From NCBI GenBank assembly GCA_046759445.1, contig JBHICG010000056.1:1-23386 (forward strand): 23,386 nt of DNA, given 5' to 3'. The notes under the pieces are model-generated. The model saw only the letters and a list, made by a program, of their open reading frames with translations. It made no database searches and was not told the DNA's origin. The stretch's first letter is position 1; every line of letters begins with the position of its first letter. Of the stretch, positions 6,646 to 16,572 are shown piece after piece. A program made the translations under genes and the position numbers. Source of the DNA: Candidatus Scalinduaceae bacterium (GTDB taxonomy: Bacteria > Planctomycetota > Brocadiia > Brocadiales > Scalinduaceae).

Positions 6646-7398
6646 TTAAATAAGGCTTAAAAATTCTTCCATTTTTTGATGGAAGACAAAATCTGCATAG
6701 CCGTCAATGGGAGTCTCAGAGAGGGATATGATAGCAAGGAGTGCGCCATTCTCTTTGGCAATTGAAGGAAAGGAGCTTGCGGGCTGAACAACTAGTGTGG
6801 AGCCAACTACTATCATCATATCACATGAAAGGGATAAGGTCTTTGCATTCTCCAAATCCTCTTCTCTAAGTTGCTGTCCGAAGGAAATTGTATTAGGTTT
6901 AAGGAGACCTCCGCATTGGGGGCATAACGGCACTCCCTTTTCAAGGTTTAAGTTGTCAAGCACCTTGTCGGATGGCATAATAAATCCACATTTAAGACAT
7001 ATGACCTCAAGGTTGGTACCATGCAGATTAACTATTATGTCCTCTGGCAATCCACTTTTTTCATGAAGTCCATCTATATTCTGTGTAATAAGTCCAATAA
7101 GTTTACGTTCGTTATAAAGATGTTTGAAAAACGTGTGTCCTTTATTGGGCGTTGCATTTTTCAGGTCATTCCATAATTCCTGCTTCCTTTGCCAGTAAAG
7201 GATGCGTTTATGTTCGTCTGAAAGGAATTCTTCAAAATAAACAGGCTGGAATTTATCCCAGATACCACCTTTACTGCGATAGTCGGGAATGCCAGATTCT
7301 GTGCTTATGCCTGCCCCCGTAAATCCAACAATCTTTTTTCTTCTATCAACGACAGATTTAAAAGCCTTAATCTGATCGTCTTTATCTTTGTGAGTCAT
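6646..7398 (-). CDS. cobB: Sir2-family NAD-dependent protein deacylase
   Basis: GAGISTESGIPDYR, TQNIDGLH and HG motifs, a CxxC...CxxC zinc site, and GSTLVVQPA. Confidence 0.92.
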   Translation of the reverse strand: MTHKDKDDQIKAFKSVVDRRKKIVGFTGAGISTESGIPDYRSKGGIWDKFQPVYFEEFLSDEHKRILYWQRKQELWNDLKNATPNKGHTFFKHLYNERKLIGLITQNIDGLHEKSGLPEDIIVNLHGTNLEVICLKCGFIMPSDKVLDNLNLEKGVPLCPQCGGLLKPNTISFGQQLREEDLENAKTLSLSCDMMIVVGSTLVVQPASSFPSIAKENGALLAIISLSETPIDGYADFVFHQKMEEFLSLI

Positions 7399-7454
7399 GA
7401 AATTTTTCGACTAAGGATAGATGGCAATATTTAAGTATCTCAACAGATGACATT

Positions 7455-8402
7455 TTATGTTTGTAAAAGTATACTCTTGGCTGCGCCAAGTATCCCGCCT
7501 TTATCACCCAGTTTTGAAATCTCTATCCTTAGAGATTCAGTTGCCTGTTTAAATGCCCTTCTTTTGACTTCTTCCTTCAAGGGTTTGAGGAGGTTCTCTC
7601 CCAGATTCGTCACGCCACCAAACAACACAACCATCTCAGGATTCAAAAAGTTTGCGATGTTCGCCACAGCAATTCCCAAGATAACTCCGGTTTCCTTAAT
7701 GACGTTTAATATAATTTTGTCACCCTGCAACACCAACTGGTCCAATTGTTTAAGATTGGTAATTGGTGGGGATTTGCCATTATCCCTTTTTTCTAACAAT
7801 GCAATGTTAACTCTTTCTATAATTCCTCTGGCTGAAGCATAAGCCTCTAGGCATCCTATGTTTCCGCAGGTGCATTTCACTCCATCCCTTATGATGGTCG
7901 TGTGGCCTATCTCACCCGCAATCCATGATGCACCATGCCAGACATTTCCATCCAGAATTATACCTCCTCCTATACCTGTTCCCAGCGTAATGCAAATCAG
8001 GCTATTTGTTCCAGTCCCAACTCCCTTCCACCATTCTCCCAGCGCCGCCGAATTCGCATCATTTTCAATAGAAACAGGTATCTTAAATTCTTTTTTGAGT
8101 ATATGTTTCAGTGGAACGTTATTCCAGCCTATTAGATTAGGGGGGTTAAAAACTATACCAGACTCAACGTCCAGGGGTCCTGGAAACCCTATTCCAACTC
8201 CACATATTTTCTCCATGGTCAGCTTTGATTTTTCAACCGTTTCTCTTGCAAAGGAAATAAGGAACTTAATCATCTCATCCTTACCTTCTTTACAATGTGT
8301 GGGCCTTTTTAATAGATTGATGATTTCTCCATCTCCTGTTACGACGGCCATACGTGTATTTGTGCCTCCCACGTCTGCGGCCAGAACATATTTATTTGAC
8401 AT
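7455..8402 (-). CDS. glcK: ROK-family sugar kinase (glucokinase)
   Basis: DVGGT, ENDANSAALGE, TLGTGIGGG, GEIGH and CTCGNIGCLE motifs. No N-terminal HTH. Confidence 0.9.
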   Translation of the reverse strand: MSNKYVLAADVGGTNTRMAVVTGDGEIINLLKRPTHCKEGKDEMIKFLISFARETVEKSKLTMEKICGVGIGFPGPLDVESGIVFNPPNLIGWNNVPLKHILKKEFKIPVSIENDANSAALGEWWKGVGTGTNSLICITLGTGIGGGIILDGNVWHGASWIAGEIGHTTIIRDGVKCTCGNIGCLEAYASARGIIERVNIALLEKRDNGKSPPITNLKQLDQLVLQGDKIILNVIKETGVILGIAVANIANFLNPEMVVLFGGVTNLGENLLKPLKEEVKRRAFKQATESLRIEISKLGDKGGILGAAKSILLQT

Positions 8403-8442
8403 ATTTTATTAGGGACATATCCCCCATTAACGTTTTTCGGGT

Positions 8443-9303
8443 TTATATCTTCTCTACCTTGCCTTTGGGTATCCAACCCTTTTTAAACTCCATATCCTTT
8501 TTTTCTTCATCATCGTTAATATTTTCAACGTCTACGTACACATATACCTTATACCACTTGTTTCCTTCTTCTTCTATTTTAACTTCTGCGCCCTCATGTA
8601 TCTCGAATTTTGGTTCATATTCTTCTCCCGGTCCGTATCGTATTTTGCATTCATCAGCTATTACTACCCCTTTTTCTATAGAGTTCTGTTTATACCCTTT
8701 TATACATAAAGAGATAATTAATACAAGAAGGCACGCCCCAAATATAATAGAAAGTTTTCCTAGCCATTGAAACTTTAGAAAAATGATTGAAAGGATAGTT
8801 GCTATGAGAGCAAGATATACATATATCATAAGGGTTGTAATTTCACTTAAATTGAGAAAGAAATACCAGAAACACATAACCTTTAGAATCTCCGGTATTT
8901 GACGTATTGCCTCTTTATCTTCAAAATCACTTTTCAATAAGTTTATGTTTGCTTTTATGTCGGCATTCCTTGGAAGCAATTTTTCCGCTCTACGATAATA
9001 CAATATTGCTTTTCCAGACATACCCTGTCTGTAATATGCATTACCTAAATTATAGTAAATTTGTCCATTTATAAAATTGGAATCAAGTAGTTTTTCGTAT
9101 AGTTGGGCAGCATGCTTAAATTTCTCAATAGCTTCATTTTCTTTTTTCTCAGACATTGCCTTCTGAGCCGCTTGAAATTCTTTATTCGCTTCAAAGAAGA
9201 TATCAATGGCCTCTTTACGAATTATCTCACCTACTAGAGTCTGTCCCATAAATGGGAATACAAAAAACGGAATAAAAATTATTAATATCTTATTTTTTCT
9301 CAT
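8443..9303 (-). CDS. batE: BatE-like TPR + SH3 membrane protein
   Basis: TPR segment YYNLGNAYYRQGMSGKAILYYRRA, two TM helices, and a C-terminal SH3b-like IRYGPG...WYKV...GWI. Last gene of the Bat cluster. Confidence 0.8.
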   Translation of the reverse strand: MRKNKILIIFIPFFVFPFMGQTLVGEIIRKEAIDIFFEANKEFQAAQKAMSEKKENEAIEKFKHAAQLYEKLLDSNFINGQIYYNLGNAYYRQGMSGKAILYYRRAEKLLPRNADIKANINLLKSDFEDKEAIRQIPEILKVMCFWYFFLNLSEITTLMIYVYLALIATILSIIFLKFQWLGKLSIIFGACLLVLIISLCIKGYKQNSIEKGVVIADECKIRYGPGEEYEPKFEIHEGAEVKIEEEGNKWYKVYVYVDVENINDDEEKKDMEFKKGWIPKGKVEKI

Positions 9304-11147
9304 AATTGTCTTTCTAAATGTTTAATAATTCTTTCTGCATTATTGAGCGTATTTTCCATCTGATCCTTTGAACGATGATCGGTAGAAAATCTACCATAAT
9401 CGCATGACTCAAGGCATTGCCTGAGTTCTCCTACGGTATCTGAGGATATGCCGCGTTCAGCCAAAATATCAGAAATATTGTCATGTGTGATGGATGCTGG
9501 TGTCAAATTTATTTTATTCGCAATATATTCTGTTAATGTCTTGGCTAGGGCAGAATAAAATTCAATAGGATTTTCTCGTCGCAAAAATCGTCTTGTATCC
9601 GAGAATTGTTTTTTTGCCTGAGATAGTGCGCGTTTTTTTCTTGCATAGCTTACGTCAGTTTGTAATCGCTCTCTATGCCTCTGTATATATGTACAAGCTA
9701 ATACTAATAGTATTGGTGTGAAAAAGATAAATGACATAAACAAAGGTCTTTTATGCAGACTTGAACTCTGATTCTTAAATGAACGTAAATCTGTCATTAT
9801 TGGCAGAATGTCCTTGGTCAGTATTTTTACCTGCTCCTTGGTATTTTCAATTTCTTTAAGGGAAAGACGAATTGGAGTTTCTCCATCAGATTTCTCAACA
9901 GTTATAGGAATTGGTTCATGAGTAATGGTTCGGTATTTCTCTGATACTGGGTCAAAGAAACTGAATGATATCGCAGGTATTGCCTTAATATCTTGATATT
10001 GTGGTTCGATAACTTTGCTGAACAGCTTTTCTCCTTTTATGCCTTTTTCCTTATCTGCAATGGTTATATTGGCTTCAGCGGGATAAAGCTTAAAATCATT
10101 TGAATTTTCGATATTGAGTATAGGTTCACCAATTGTTTGTATGTTTCCTTTTCCTGAAATGTTTATAGATAATGTTATTGGATCTCCAACCTTAACTTTT
10201 ATGGGTTTTGCTAGAACGTCCATATTAAACGATCCTACTGCACCGGCAAAAGCTTTTGGTTTTCCTGACACTGGTAATGGTTTTATTTTTAATTTTACAG
10301 AGTTAGTATTTCTTTCCACCGGATACCTATATTCGTTTCTGCCAAGGAATTCGTCAAATAAAGACCTATCAAAAAAATTTTCAAATGGATCCCAATTCCT
10401 TTTATGTTGTTGTCTTATAATGATGTTACACTTGAATTTTGCTGAAGGTATTTCTATTTCTCCAGAAACTACAGGGAAAAGGGCAGTGCGAAGTTCTATT
10501 ACGTTATAAAGTATTCCATCACGCACCTCTTCATAACGCCTTTCATCACCAAGTTTTTCTGCAAGAAAGCTTTTGGTTGTTGCAGGGACATAATCAAGGT
10601 CATCTATAGGTAATCCTCTCTGGAAATATAATTTAAAAGACATAATAATCTGTTCATAAATATAAGCATCTTTTTTATCAGTTATAAGTTCAACAAATAC
10701 TCTTTTAGATATATCAATGTCTTTGCTTCCCCTTCTGCCCCCTTTACCTTCAAACGGTGTTCTCTCGACAACCTCAATTTCAATTGAGTTTGATTTATAA
10801 GTCTTTCCCTTGTATTTCAATGTTGTCGGCTCTATTGTATATTTACCTGTTTGTTTGGGACTCAGTCCGTAAGTAAATCCACGATAAACGGATACCACGT
10901 TATTTACTATCTTTGTCTGGGTGGATATATTCGGCCCATATCTTAATGAAAACCCTTCAAGAGGTGGGAGTTTAGGTTGTTCTGTGTCAAATGCTCCGTG
11001 TACGCCGATTGTATATCGGATGTAGTTGCCTAATTCAACCTTTGTTTTATCAACATTTGCCGTGAGCCTTATGTCTGCAGCAAAAACATTAAGGGGACTG
11101 CTTATAAACATAAATATTAAGATAATAATTGGGTAATACTTCTTCAT
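9300..11147 (-). CDS. batD: BatD-family protein
   Basis: Signal peptide, repeated beta-rich BatD domains (FAGAVGSF, VKVGDPITLSINISGKGN), and a C-terminal TM helix followed by a helical tail. Confidence 0.9.
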   Translation of the reverse strand: MKKYYPIIILIFMFISSPLNVFAADIRLTANVDKTKVELGNYIRYTIGVHGAFDTEQPKLPPLEGFSLRYGPNISTQTKIVNNVVSVYRGFTYGLSPKQTGKYTIEPTTLKYKGKTYKSNSIEIEVVERTPFEGKGGRRGSKDIDISKRVFVELITDKKDAYIYEQIIMSFKLYFQRGLPIDDLDYVPATTKSFLAEKLGDERRYEEVRDGILYNVIELRTALFPVVSGEIEIPSAKFKCNIIIRQQHKRNWDPFENFFDRSLFDEFLGRNEYRYPVERNTNSVKLKIKPLPVSGKPKAFAGAVGSFNMDVLAKPIKVKVGDPITLSINISGKGNIQTIGEPILNIENSNDFKLYPAEANITIADKEKGIKGEKLFSKVIEPQYQDIKAIPAISFSFFDPVSEKYRTITHEPIPITVEKSDGETPIRLSLKEIENTKEQVKILTKDILPIMTDLRSFKNQSSSLHKRPLFMSFIFFTPILLVLACTYIQRHRERLQTDVSYARKKRALSQAKKQFSDTRRFLRRENPIEFYSALAKTLTEYIANKINLTPASITHDNISDILAERGISSDTVGELRQCLESCDYGRFSTDHRSKDQMENTLNNAERIIKHLERQL

Positions 11148-11153
11148 TTTCTC

Positions 11154-11987
11154 TTACCAATCCTTTTCAATATTAAAGTGTGCTGACTTACGTTCTTTTT
11201 CCTGTTTATCCCGTGCGGACATTTCTGCGTGCTTCAGTGCATCGAGAATCCTTTCGGCTTCTTCCTTCGTCATTTCTCCTTTTTCACGAGGCAGTGGAGG
11301 AGGTTCTTTAATTTTATTTTCCTGTGGAGATTCTTTTTCCTGCTCATTCTTTTTGTTTTGTGAATCTTGCCGTTTTCGGTTTTCTTCTTTTTCCTCGTCT
11401 TTTTTATCTTGTTCCTCGTCTTTCTGTTTTTCTTGTTTCTTCTGTTCTTGTTTTTCCTGCTCCTTTTGTTCCTGTTTTTCTTGCTCCTGTCTTTCTTGCT
11501 GCTCCTTTTTCATTTCCTCAATCTTTTTCTGGACGAATTCATAATTATATTTGGCATCTTCTCTTATTCCTTCTATCTCTTTACCCCTTATGCCGCTTTT
11601 TTCTTCAGTTAATTCGATAGCCCGTTTATAGAAGTCAAGAGCTTCTGTGAATTTGCCCTGTTTATACATAGTATTACCCATATTATAATTAGCCTTGGCT
11701 TGCATGCTAATGTCTTTTGTTTTCGTAGCATCTTTAAAAGACTTTTCAGCCTCTGGAAATTTACCTTTTCTATAATGAGTATTTGCGATGTTAAATTTTA
11801 GTGACTCTGACTCTTGGTTATGTAATTGTGCATCCGTAAACTTTCCAATTGCTTCATCGTACTTTTTTTCATTGTAAAGGTTAATGCCTTCTTCATTTTT
11901 ATCAGAGGCAGGGTCTATCCATCCAATTAAAAACGTGCAAGCTATCAATATTGTAAAGATTCTTAATTTTATTCTAAAATCACTCAT
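11154..11987 (-). CDS. batC: BatC-like TPR protein with Q/E/K-rich linker
   Basis: TPRs (YNMGNTMYKQG), AKYNYE, a low-complexity linker, MTKEEAERIL and a terminal EKDW. Confidence 0.85.
   Translation of the reverse strand: MSDFRIKLRIFTILIACTFLIGWIDPASDKNEEGINLYNEKKYDEAIGKFTDAQLHNQESESLKFNIANTHYRKGKFPEAEKSFKDATKTKDISMQAKANYNMGNTMYKQGKFTEALDFYKRAIELTEEKSGIRGKEIEGIREDAKYNYEFVQKKIEEMKKEQQERQEQEKQEQKEQEKQEQKKQEKQKDEEQDKKDEEKEENRKRQDSQNKKNEQEKESPQENKIKEPPPLPREKGEMTKEEAERILDALKHAEMSARDKQEKERKSAHFNIEKDW
11400..11510 (-). repeat. Degenerate 24-nt coding repeat (xEQEKQEQ) in batC
   Basis: The translation contains QEQEKQEQ KEQEKQEQ KKQEKQK. Confidence 0.6.
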
Positions 11988-12197
11988 ATAACTTTTTCTC
12001 TACAGTTTAATTATCTTTTCTGAAATGTGTCCATACAGCTTAACTATAGATATATCAGTGTTAGCAGGCCAGTGTATTAGTTGGATTAAGGCAAAAAAAT
12101 AACTACTTAACCCTAACTTAACAACGATATAACTTATTTTCGCTAAACTACACGTTCATCCTGTTATCCTGTCAAATATTTTCATTCTGGCAAACAC

Positions 12198-13205
12198 TTA
12201 TGTTTTACCTTTTTTAGTCCTTTCTCCAATTAATGATTCCAGCGCGATAAGGATAAGTGAGATAAATAACGGAATTTGATAGCGGTTCTCATATAACTTT
12301 ACCTTTTTACTGCTTAATTGTTTTTTTTCCATCTTGGCTATGATATTTTTATAAATATAGTCCAAACCCCACTTGGTTCCGTATGCGGGAGAGTATGCCC
12401 CTCCTGTCTCTAACGCTATCTTGTTTAGGTTTATTTCATCGAGACGGGATTTGATAACCTTTCCATCCTTGTCCTTTAATAAAACCTCTTTACCTTTATC
12501 CCTTATCTTGATATAAGCGCCGTCTTTTTTGCCCACACCAATTGTGTATATGGTTATGCCCTTTTCCTTTGCGGCTTTCGCCATTTCCAATGCATTACCC
12601 TGATGGTCTTCACCATCAGTTATGAGGATTATGGCCTTGTGTTTTTTCGACTTATCACTAAAGGCTGATATGCTCTTATTTATTGCCTCTCTGATAGCTG
12701 TGCCTCCCACAGGAATGAGATTCGTATCAATGTCATCTAGAAAAAGGTTAAATGCGCCGTAATCAAGGGTTAAGGGGCATTGAATAAATGCAGTTCCTGC
12801 AAATGCAACCAACCCTATCCTATCGCCTTCTATAATGTTCAATAGACCTTTGATTTCCCTCTTTGCAGCTTCCAACCTGTTAGGTTTGATGTCATCTGCA
12901 AGCATGCTTCTGGATGTATCTACGGCAACAACTAAATCAATTCCCATTCTCTCTACCTCTTCCCAATGATATCCCCATTTTGGCTGGACTAAAGAGAGGA
13001 TAATAAAGAGTGTGGCTGTAATAGCAAAGGCGGCCTTTGCTATTTGCTTCTTTTTGCTTACTGAAAGGATTATACTGTCTAGTAATTCTGCTTGAACAAA
13101 CCTTTTCAAGGCCTTTTGCTTGTTCTTAAAGAACACTATGTAAGCTGCCACCATGATTAAAACTAATGGCAATAGATAGAGATAATTGATGTTTTCATAT
13201 TTCAT
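12198..13205 (-). CDS. batB: BatB VWA-domain membrane protein
   Basis: N-terminal BatA-type TM region, MIDAS DTSRSM, DIKPNRL, CPLTLDY and ITDGEDH. Confidence 0.9.
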   Translation of the reverse strand: MKYENINYLYLLPLVLIMVAAYIVFFKNKQKALKRFVQAELLDSIILSVSKKKQIAKAAFAITATLFIILSLVQPKWGYHWEEVERMGIDLVVAVDTSRSMLADDIKPNRLEAAKREIKGLLNIIEGDRIGLVAFAGTAFIQCPLTLDYGAFNLFLDDIDTNLIPVGGTAIREAINKSISAFSDKSKKHKAIILITDGEDHQGNALEMAKAAKEKGITIYTIGVGKKDGAYIKIRDKGKEVLLKDKDGKVIKSRLDEINLNKIALETGGAYSPAYGTKWGLDYIYKNIIAKMEKKQLSSKKVKLYENRYQIPLFISLILIALESLIGERTKKGKT

Positions 13206-13223
13206 GTTACATTTATTATATTC

Positions 13224-14225
13224 TCAGGGTATTTTCCTGAATCTTGTGTTTGCGAGTAGAACCTCAAAAAGAAATATGCCTAGTGCAGGAAACGCTAAAT
13301 ATTGAAATAGTTCGTTATATTCTGTATATCTGGCAATTTCCATTTCGGTCTTCTCAAGGTTATCAATTTGCCTATAAACTTCCTTTAGGGAGCTTGTATC
13401 GGTAGCCCTGAAATACCTACCACCCGTAATCTCTGCAATTTCTGTCAAACCTTCATCATCAATATCTATCTTTAATGATCGGTACACCGTCTGCCCTAAA
13501 ATATTCTTTACAGGATAAGGGGCAAGTCCCTTTGTTCCCGCCCCAACCGTATAAATCTTTATATCAAATGTTTTTGCTAATTCTGCGGCCGTTAATGGAT
13601 CTATCTCGCCTTTATTGTTGCGGCCATCAGTTAGAAGTATTATTACCTTACTTTTGGCCTTTGAAGATTTAAGTCTATTTACACACGCTCCAATTGCAGA
13701 ACCAATTGCAGTCCCGTCTTCAATCATTCCAACTTTTACTTTTTCAAAAAATTGCAACAAAGTGTCGTAGTCAGGCGTTAATGGGCATTGAGTATAAGCC
13801 TGTCCCGCAAATACCACCATCCCTATGCGGTCATTCGAGCGCCATTTTATAAAATCCTCAACCACTTCTTTAGCTACATAAAGACGGTTTCGTCTTTTAC
13901 CCTTCAATTCAAAATCTTCTGCCAACATACTGCCAGAAACATCCAAAGCTAAAACAATATCAATCCCTTCCGTCTTTATCTTTGAATGGGCTTTACCTGA
14001 TTGAGGTCTTGCAAGAGCCACTATCAATAAAACAATTACAAAAATCCTTAGTGCAATCAGAGCATGTCTTAATTTGAGAGAATTTCCTTGTTTTATCTTT
14101 TTAAAATAACCAAGAGACGAAAATCTTAAATTGCCACTATCTTTTCTTAAGAGATAATTTGCAATTATAAGAGGAATCAAGATTATGATTAGGACAAGAA
14201 CCAGAGGGTCTTTTAAGATTATCAT
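13224..14225 (-). CDS. batA: BatA VWA-domain membrane protein
   Basis: ALARPQ, MIDAS DVSGSMLAED, DGTAIG, LLTDGRNN and TGGRYFRA. Confidence 0.92.
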   Translation of the reverse strand: MIILKDPLVLVLIIILIPLIIANYLLRKDSGNLRFSSLGYFKKIKQGNSLKLRHALIALRIFVIVLLIVALARPQSGKAHSKIKTEGIDIVLALDVSGSMLAEDFELKGKRRNRLYVAKEVVEDFIKWRSNDRIGMVVFAGQAYTQCPLTPDYDTLLQFFEKVKVGMIEDGTAIGSAIGACVNRLKSSKAKSKVIILLTDGRNNKGEIDPLTAAELAKTFDIKIYTVGAGTKGLAPYPVKNILGQTVYRSLKIDIDDEGLTEIAEITGGRYFRATDTSSLKEVYRQIDNLEKTEMEIARYTEYNELFQYLAFPALGIFLFEVLLANTRFRKIP

Positions 14226-15259
14226 GCTTTAACCTGTAATATATTAGCTATTTTCTTTTTACGAATGCTTACTTCATTCTCCTTAACTTCTCTGGTTTCA
14301 TCAACCAGTTTTTTTGCTGAATTATATGCGTTTTCTATTTCCTGACTATCAGGACCATAACCCGCAAACTTGACCAGATCGCAGTGTTCGAGGAAATTAC
14401 TGATAAGTTCTTTATGTTTCACTTCTAATTTATCAGTTATTGCCATCTCTGTTAAAAATTCCTCAGTTGTACGTTCAGGGGCCATCAGCCTGAATCGATT
14501 CTCAATGTAGTGCCTTACTATATTGGAAAGACGATAATAATATTCCTTTATCTGTACTATCGATATCAGGTTCAAAGCCCTTAAGCTATCAAGTTCATTA
14601 TAGGCTATCTCATGAGCAGAAAGAGGCAACGGTACAAAATCAATCTTTTTATGTCTTCTATTATAAAAATACATTATTATGGTTCCCACAATCCCAAGTA
14701 CCCCAAAAACAATTGCAATGACAATATAAAGTCTAGAATAGTTTTTTTGCAATACTACAGGCGGTCTTATGTCTCTTATATCACTGGCATTCTCATCTAA
14801 TACACTCACAACCTCAACAAATATTTCAGGTGTCTTTACTTCTCTTGCTTCCAGTTCATCTTTTTTCTTATATTTTATATTATTTGCTGGAATGATATAG
14901 GAACCAATATTATACGTTTCAAGAATGTACCATCTTTCCTTCGTAATTCTTTCCTTATCTTTTTTTAACTCATCAGTACCAGAATCTACTACAGTGAAGT
15001 CTCCTATTTTATCTCCTATTACGGGAAGTACGACCTCTATTTCCCTGGAAGAATCGACCATTATTTTGTAATTTATTTTGTCTCCAATCGTTATTTTAGC
15101 CTTATCAACGGTAGCATTTACGTTGATTAGTGATTTTGCTTCTTTGTTGATTACCTTTGTCTCAATATCCTCACTGGCCATACATAAAGATTCCGCACAT
15201 GCAAGAATTATGAGAACGTATATTAAATTTTTCACATTTTCTTTAATGCTACTAAGCAT
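14222..15259 (-). CDS. Bat-operon accessory membrane protein (BatD-like N-terminus, DUF4381-like C-terminus)
   Basis: Signal peptide, IRDIRPP-TM, YIENRF...ERTTEE...DLVKFA motifs. Sits between DUF58 and batA. Confidence 0.75.
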   Translation of the reverse strand: MLSSIKENVKNLIYVLIILACAESLCMASEDIETKVINKEAKSLINVNATVDKAKITIGDKINYKIMVDSSREIEVVLPVIGDKIGDFTVVDSGTDELKKDKERITKERWYILETYNIGSYIIPANNIKYKKKDELEAREVKTPEIFVEVVSVLDENASDIRDIRPPVVLQKNYSRLYIVIAIVFGVLGIVGTIIMYFYNRRHKKIDFVPLPLSAHEIAYNELDSLRALNLISIVQIKEYYYRLSNIVRHYIENRFRLMAPERTTEEFLTEMAITDKLEVKHKELISNFLEHCDLVKFAGYGPDSQEIENAYNSAKKLVDETREVKENEVSIRKKKIANILQVKA

Positions 15260-15448
15260 TTATTAAACCCTGATTATGCGTTAATTCCTGAACTTGTCAG
15301 GAAAAGATTTTTAAAATTACCTCAACCTGCCGTGACAATGTCCTGATTGATTAAGTTGCTGAATAAATATGGAATGCCAGCTTGGTTAGTAGCTTAAGTA
15401 GTTGAAAACCCTTTTCTTAATATAACCCAACAACAGCATGCTTCCTAA

Positions 15449-15505
15449 TTAGTATCTGTTGCAGAAAGCTTCAATCCCCAAAAATGTTTCCGCAACAGAT
15501 AATAA
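15449..15505. mobile_element. 57-bp MITE-like element with 19-bp terminal inverted repeats
   Basis: TTAGTATCTGTTGCAGAAA (15449-15467) and TTTCCGCAACAGATAATAA (15487-15505) are complementary at 17/19. A partial copy lies at 119-158. Confidence 0.6.
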
Positions 15506-15577
15506 CTAATATACCCCAAATGTGAATCAAATGTTCCCTTGGTAACTCAACCTGGATGTTTCGGCCAAAAGTTTAAA

Positions 15578-16459
15578 CTAAAACTGAAGTCTTTTTTCTC
15601 TCATCCTGAAAAATTTCATAATTGGTTCAACGTACGATTTATCAGTTCTAATATCAATCAGATCAACTCCCATACTTCTAAATAATTTTGCCCTTTCCTG
15701 CAGATTTTTTGTGTTCGATTTATTAAATTCTTCCCTTACCCCCCTGTCCCTTGTATCAATAAGTATGGTTTCACCTGTTTCCGCATCTTCTAATTCAACA
15801 AAACCGACATCTGGTATTTCTAATTCTCTCGGGTCTGTCATAGAAATTGCAATCATATCATGACGTTTGTTCGTAATACGCAGGGTATGCTCAAAACCCT
15901 TTGCAATGAAATCGGATACAAGAAAACTAACCGTTTTACGTTTGGTAACCTTTATAAGATATTCAAGGGCTATAGAAATATCCGTCCCCTTCCCTTCTGG
16001 TTTGAAGTAAAGGACTTCTCTTATTACGCGAAGGACGTGTGTCTTTCCCTTCTTTGGCGGCACAAATTTCTCTATCTTATCAGTGAAGAGTATAAGGCCA
16101 ACCTTATCATTATTTCTTATGGCGGAAAAAGCAAGCAAGGCACAAACCTCGGTTGCAATTTCATCTTTAAGCTGTCTTACACTCCCGAATTTACCGGATG
16201 AGCTAAGGTCTACCAGCAACATAATGGTCAATTCCCTTTCTTCTGCAAACCTTTTTATGTAAGGATGCCCCTGGCGGGCTGTGACGTTCCAATCAATCGT
16301 TCGTATATCATCTCCGGTCTGGTACTCTCTCACCTCTTCAAACTCCATACCTCTGCCTTTAAAAACGCTTACGTATTCACCAGCCAATACATCATTAACT
16401 AAACGACTTGAACGTATCTGTATCTGTTTTACCTTTTTTAAAATTTCTCTTGGAATCAT
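15578..16459 (-). CDS. DUF58-domain protein (MoxR-associated)
   Basis: FKGRGMEFEEVREYQTGDDIRTIDWNVTAR, EEREL and SDF motifs. Confidence 0.95.
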   Translation of the reverse strand: MIPREILKKVKQIQIRSSRLVNDVLAGEYVSVFKGRGMEFEEVREYQTGDDIRTIDWNVTARQGHPYIKRFAEERELTIMLLVDLSSSGKFGSVRQLKDEIATEVCALLAFSAIRNNDKVGLILFTDKIEKFVPPKKGKTHVLRVIREVLYFKPEGKGTDISIALEYLIKVTKRKTVSFLVSDFIAKGFEHTLRITNKRHDMIAISMTDPRELEIPDVGFVELEDAETGETILIDTRDRGVREEFNKSNTKNLQERAKLFRSMGVDLIDIRTDKSYVEPIMKFFRMREKRLQF

Positions 16460-16544
16460 GATTGTGTATTTAGTAAATCCTGTAAACTTTTGAAATTAAA
16501 TGGTTTCATTAAATCCTAATACCTTACTGTTAAGCAAATTTTCT

Positions 16545-16572
16545 ATTATAATTAATAAATACAAAATTTCAA
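16545..16572 (-). promoter_or_regulatory. Putative sigma70 promoter for the DUF58-bat operon
   Basis: TTGAAA-N16-TATAAT on the minus strand, in an AT-rich context. Confidence 0.45.

Noticed and set aside
6646..7398. Sir2 as an anti-phage NADase (Thoeris/DSR-type)
   Set aside because: It is a stand-alone zinc-binding CobB-type sirtuin in a housekeeping context with no defence partner genes.
11324..11620. Three hydrophobic or Cys/Ser-rich plus-strand ORFs
   Set aside because: Artefacts of the antisense strand of the purine-rich Q/E/K linker in batC.
12198..14225. BatA/BatB VWA proteins substituting for NorD in cNOR maturation
   Set aside because: They belong to a different VWA family, lie more than 8 kb away in a separate transcription unit, and no MoxR is present. 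Nothing in the sequence links them.
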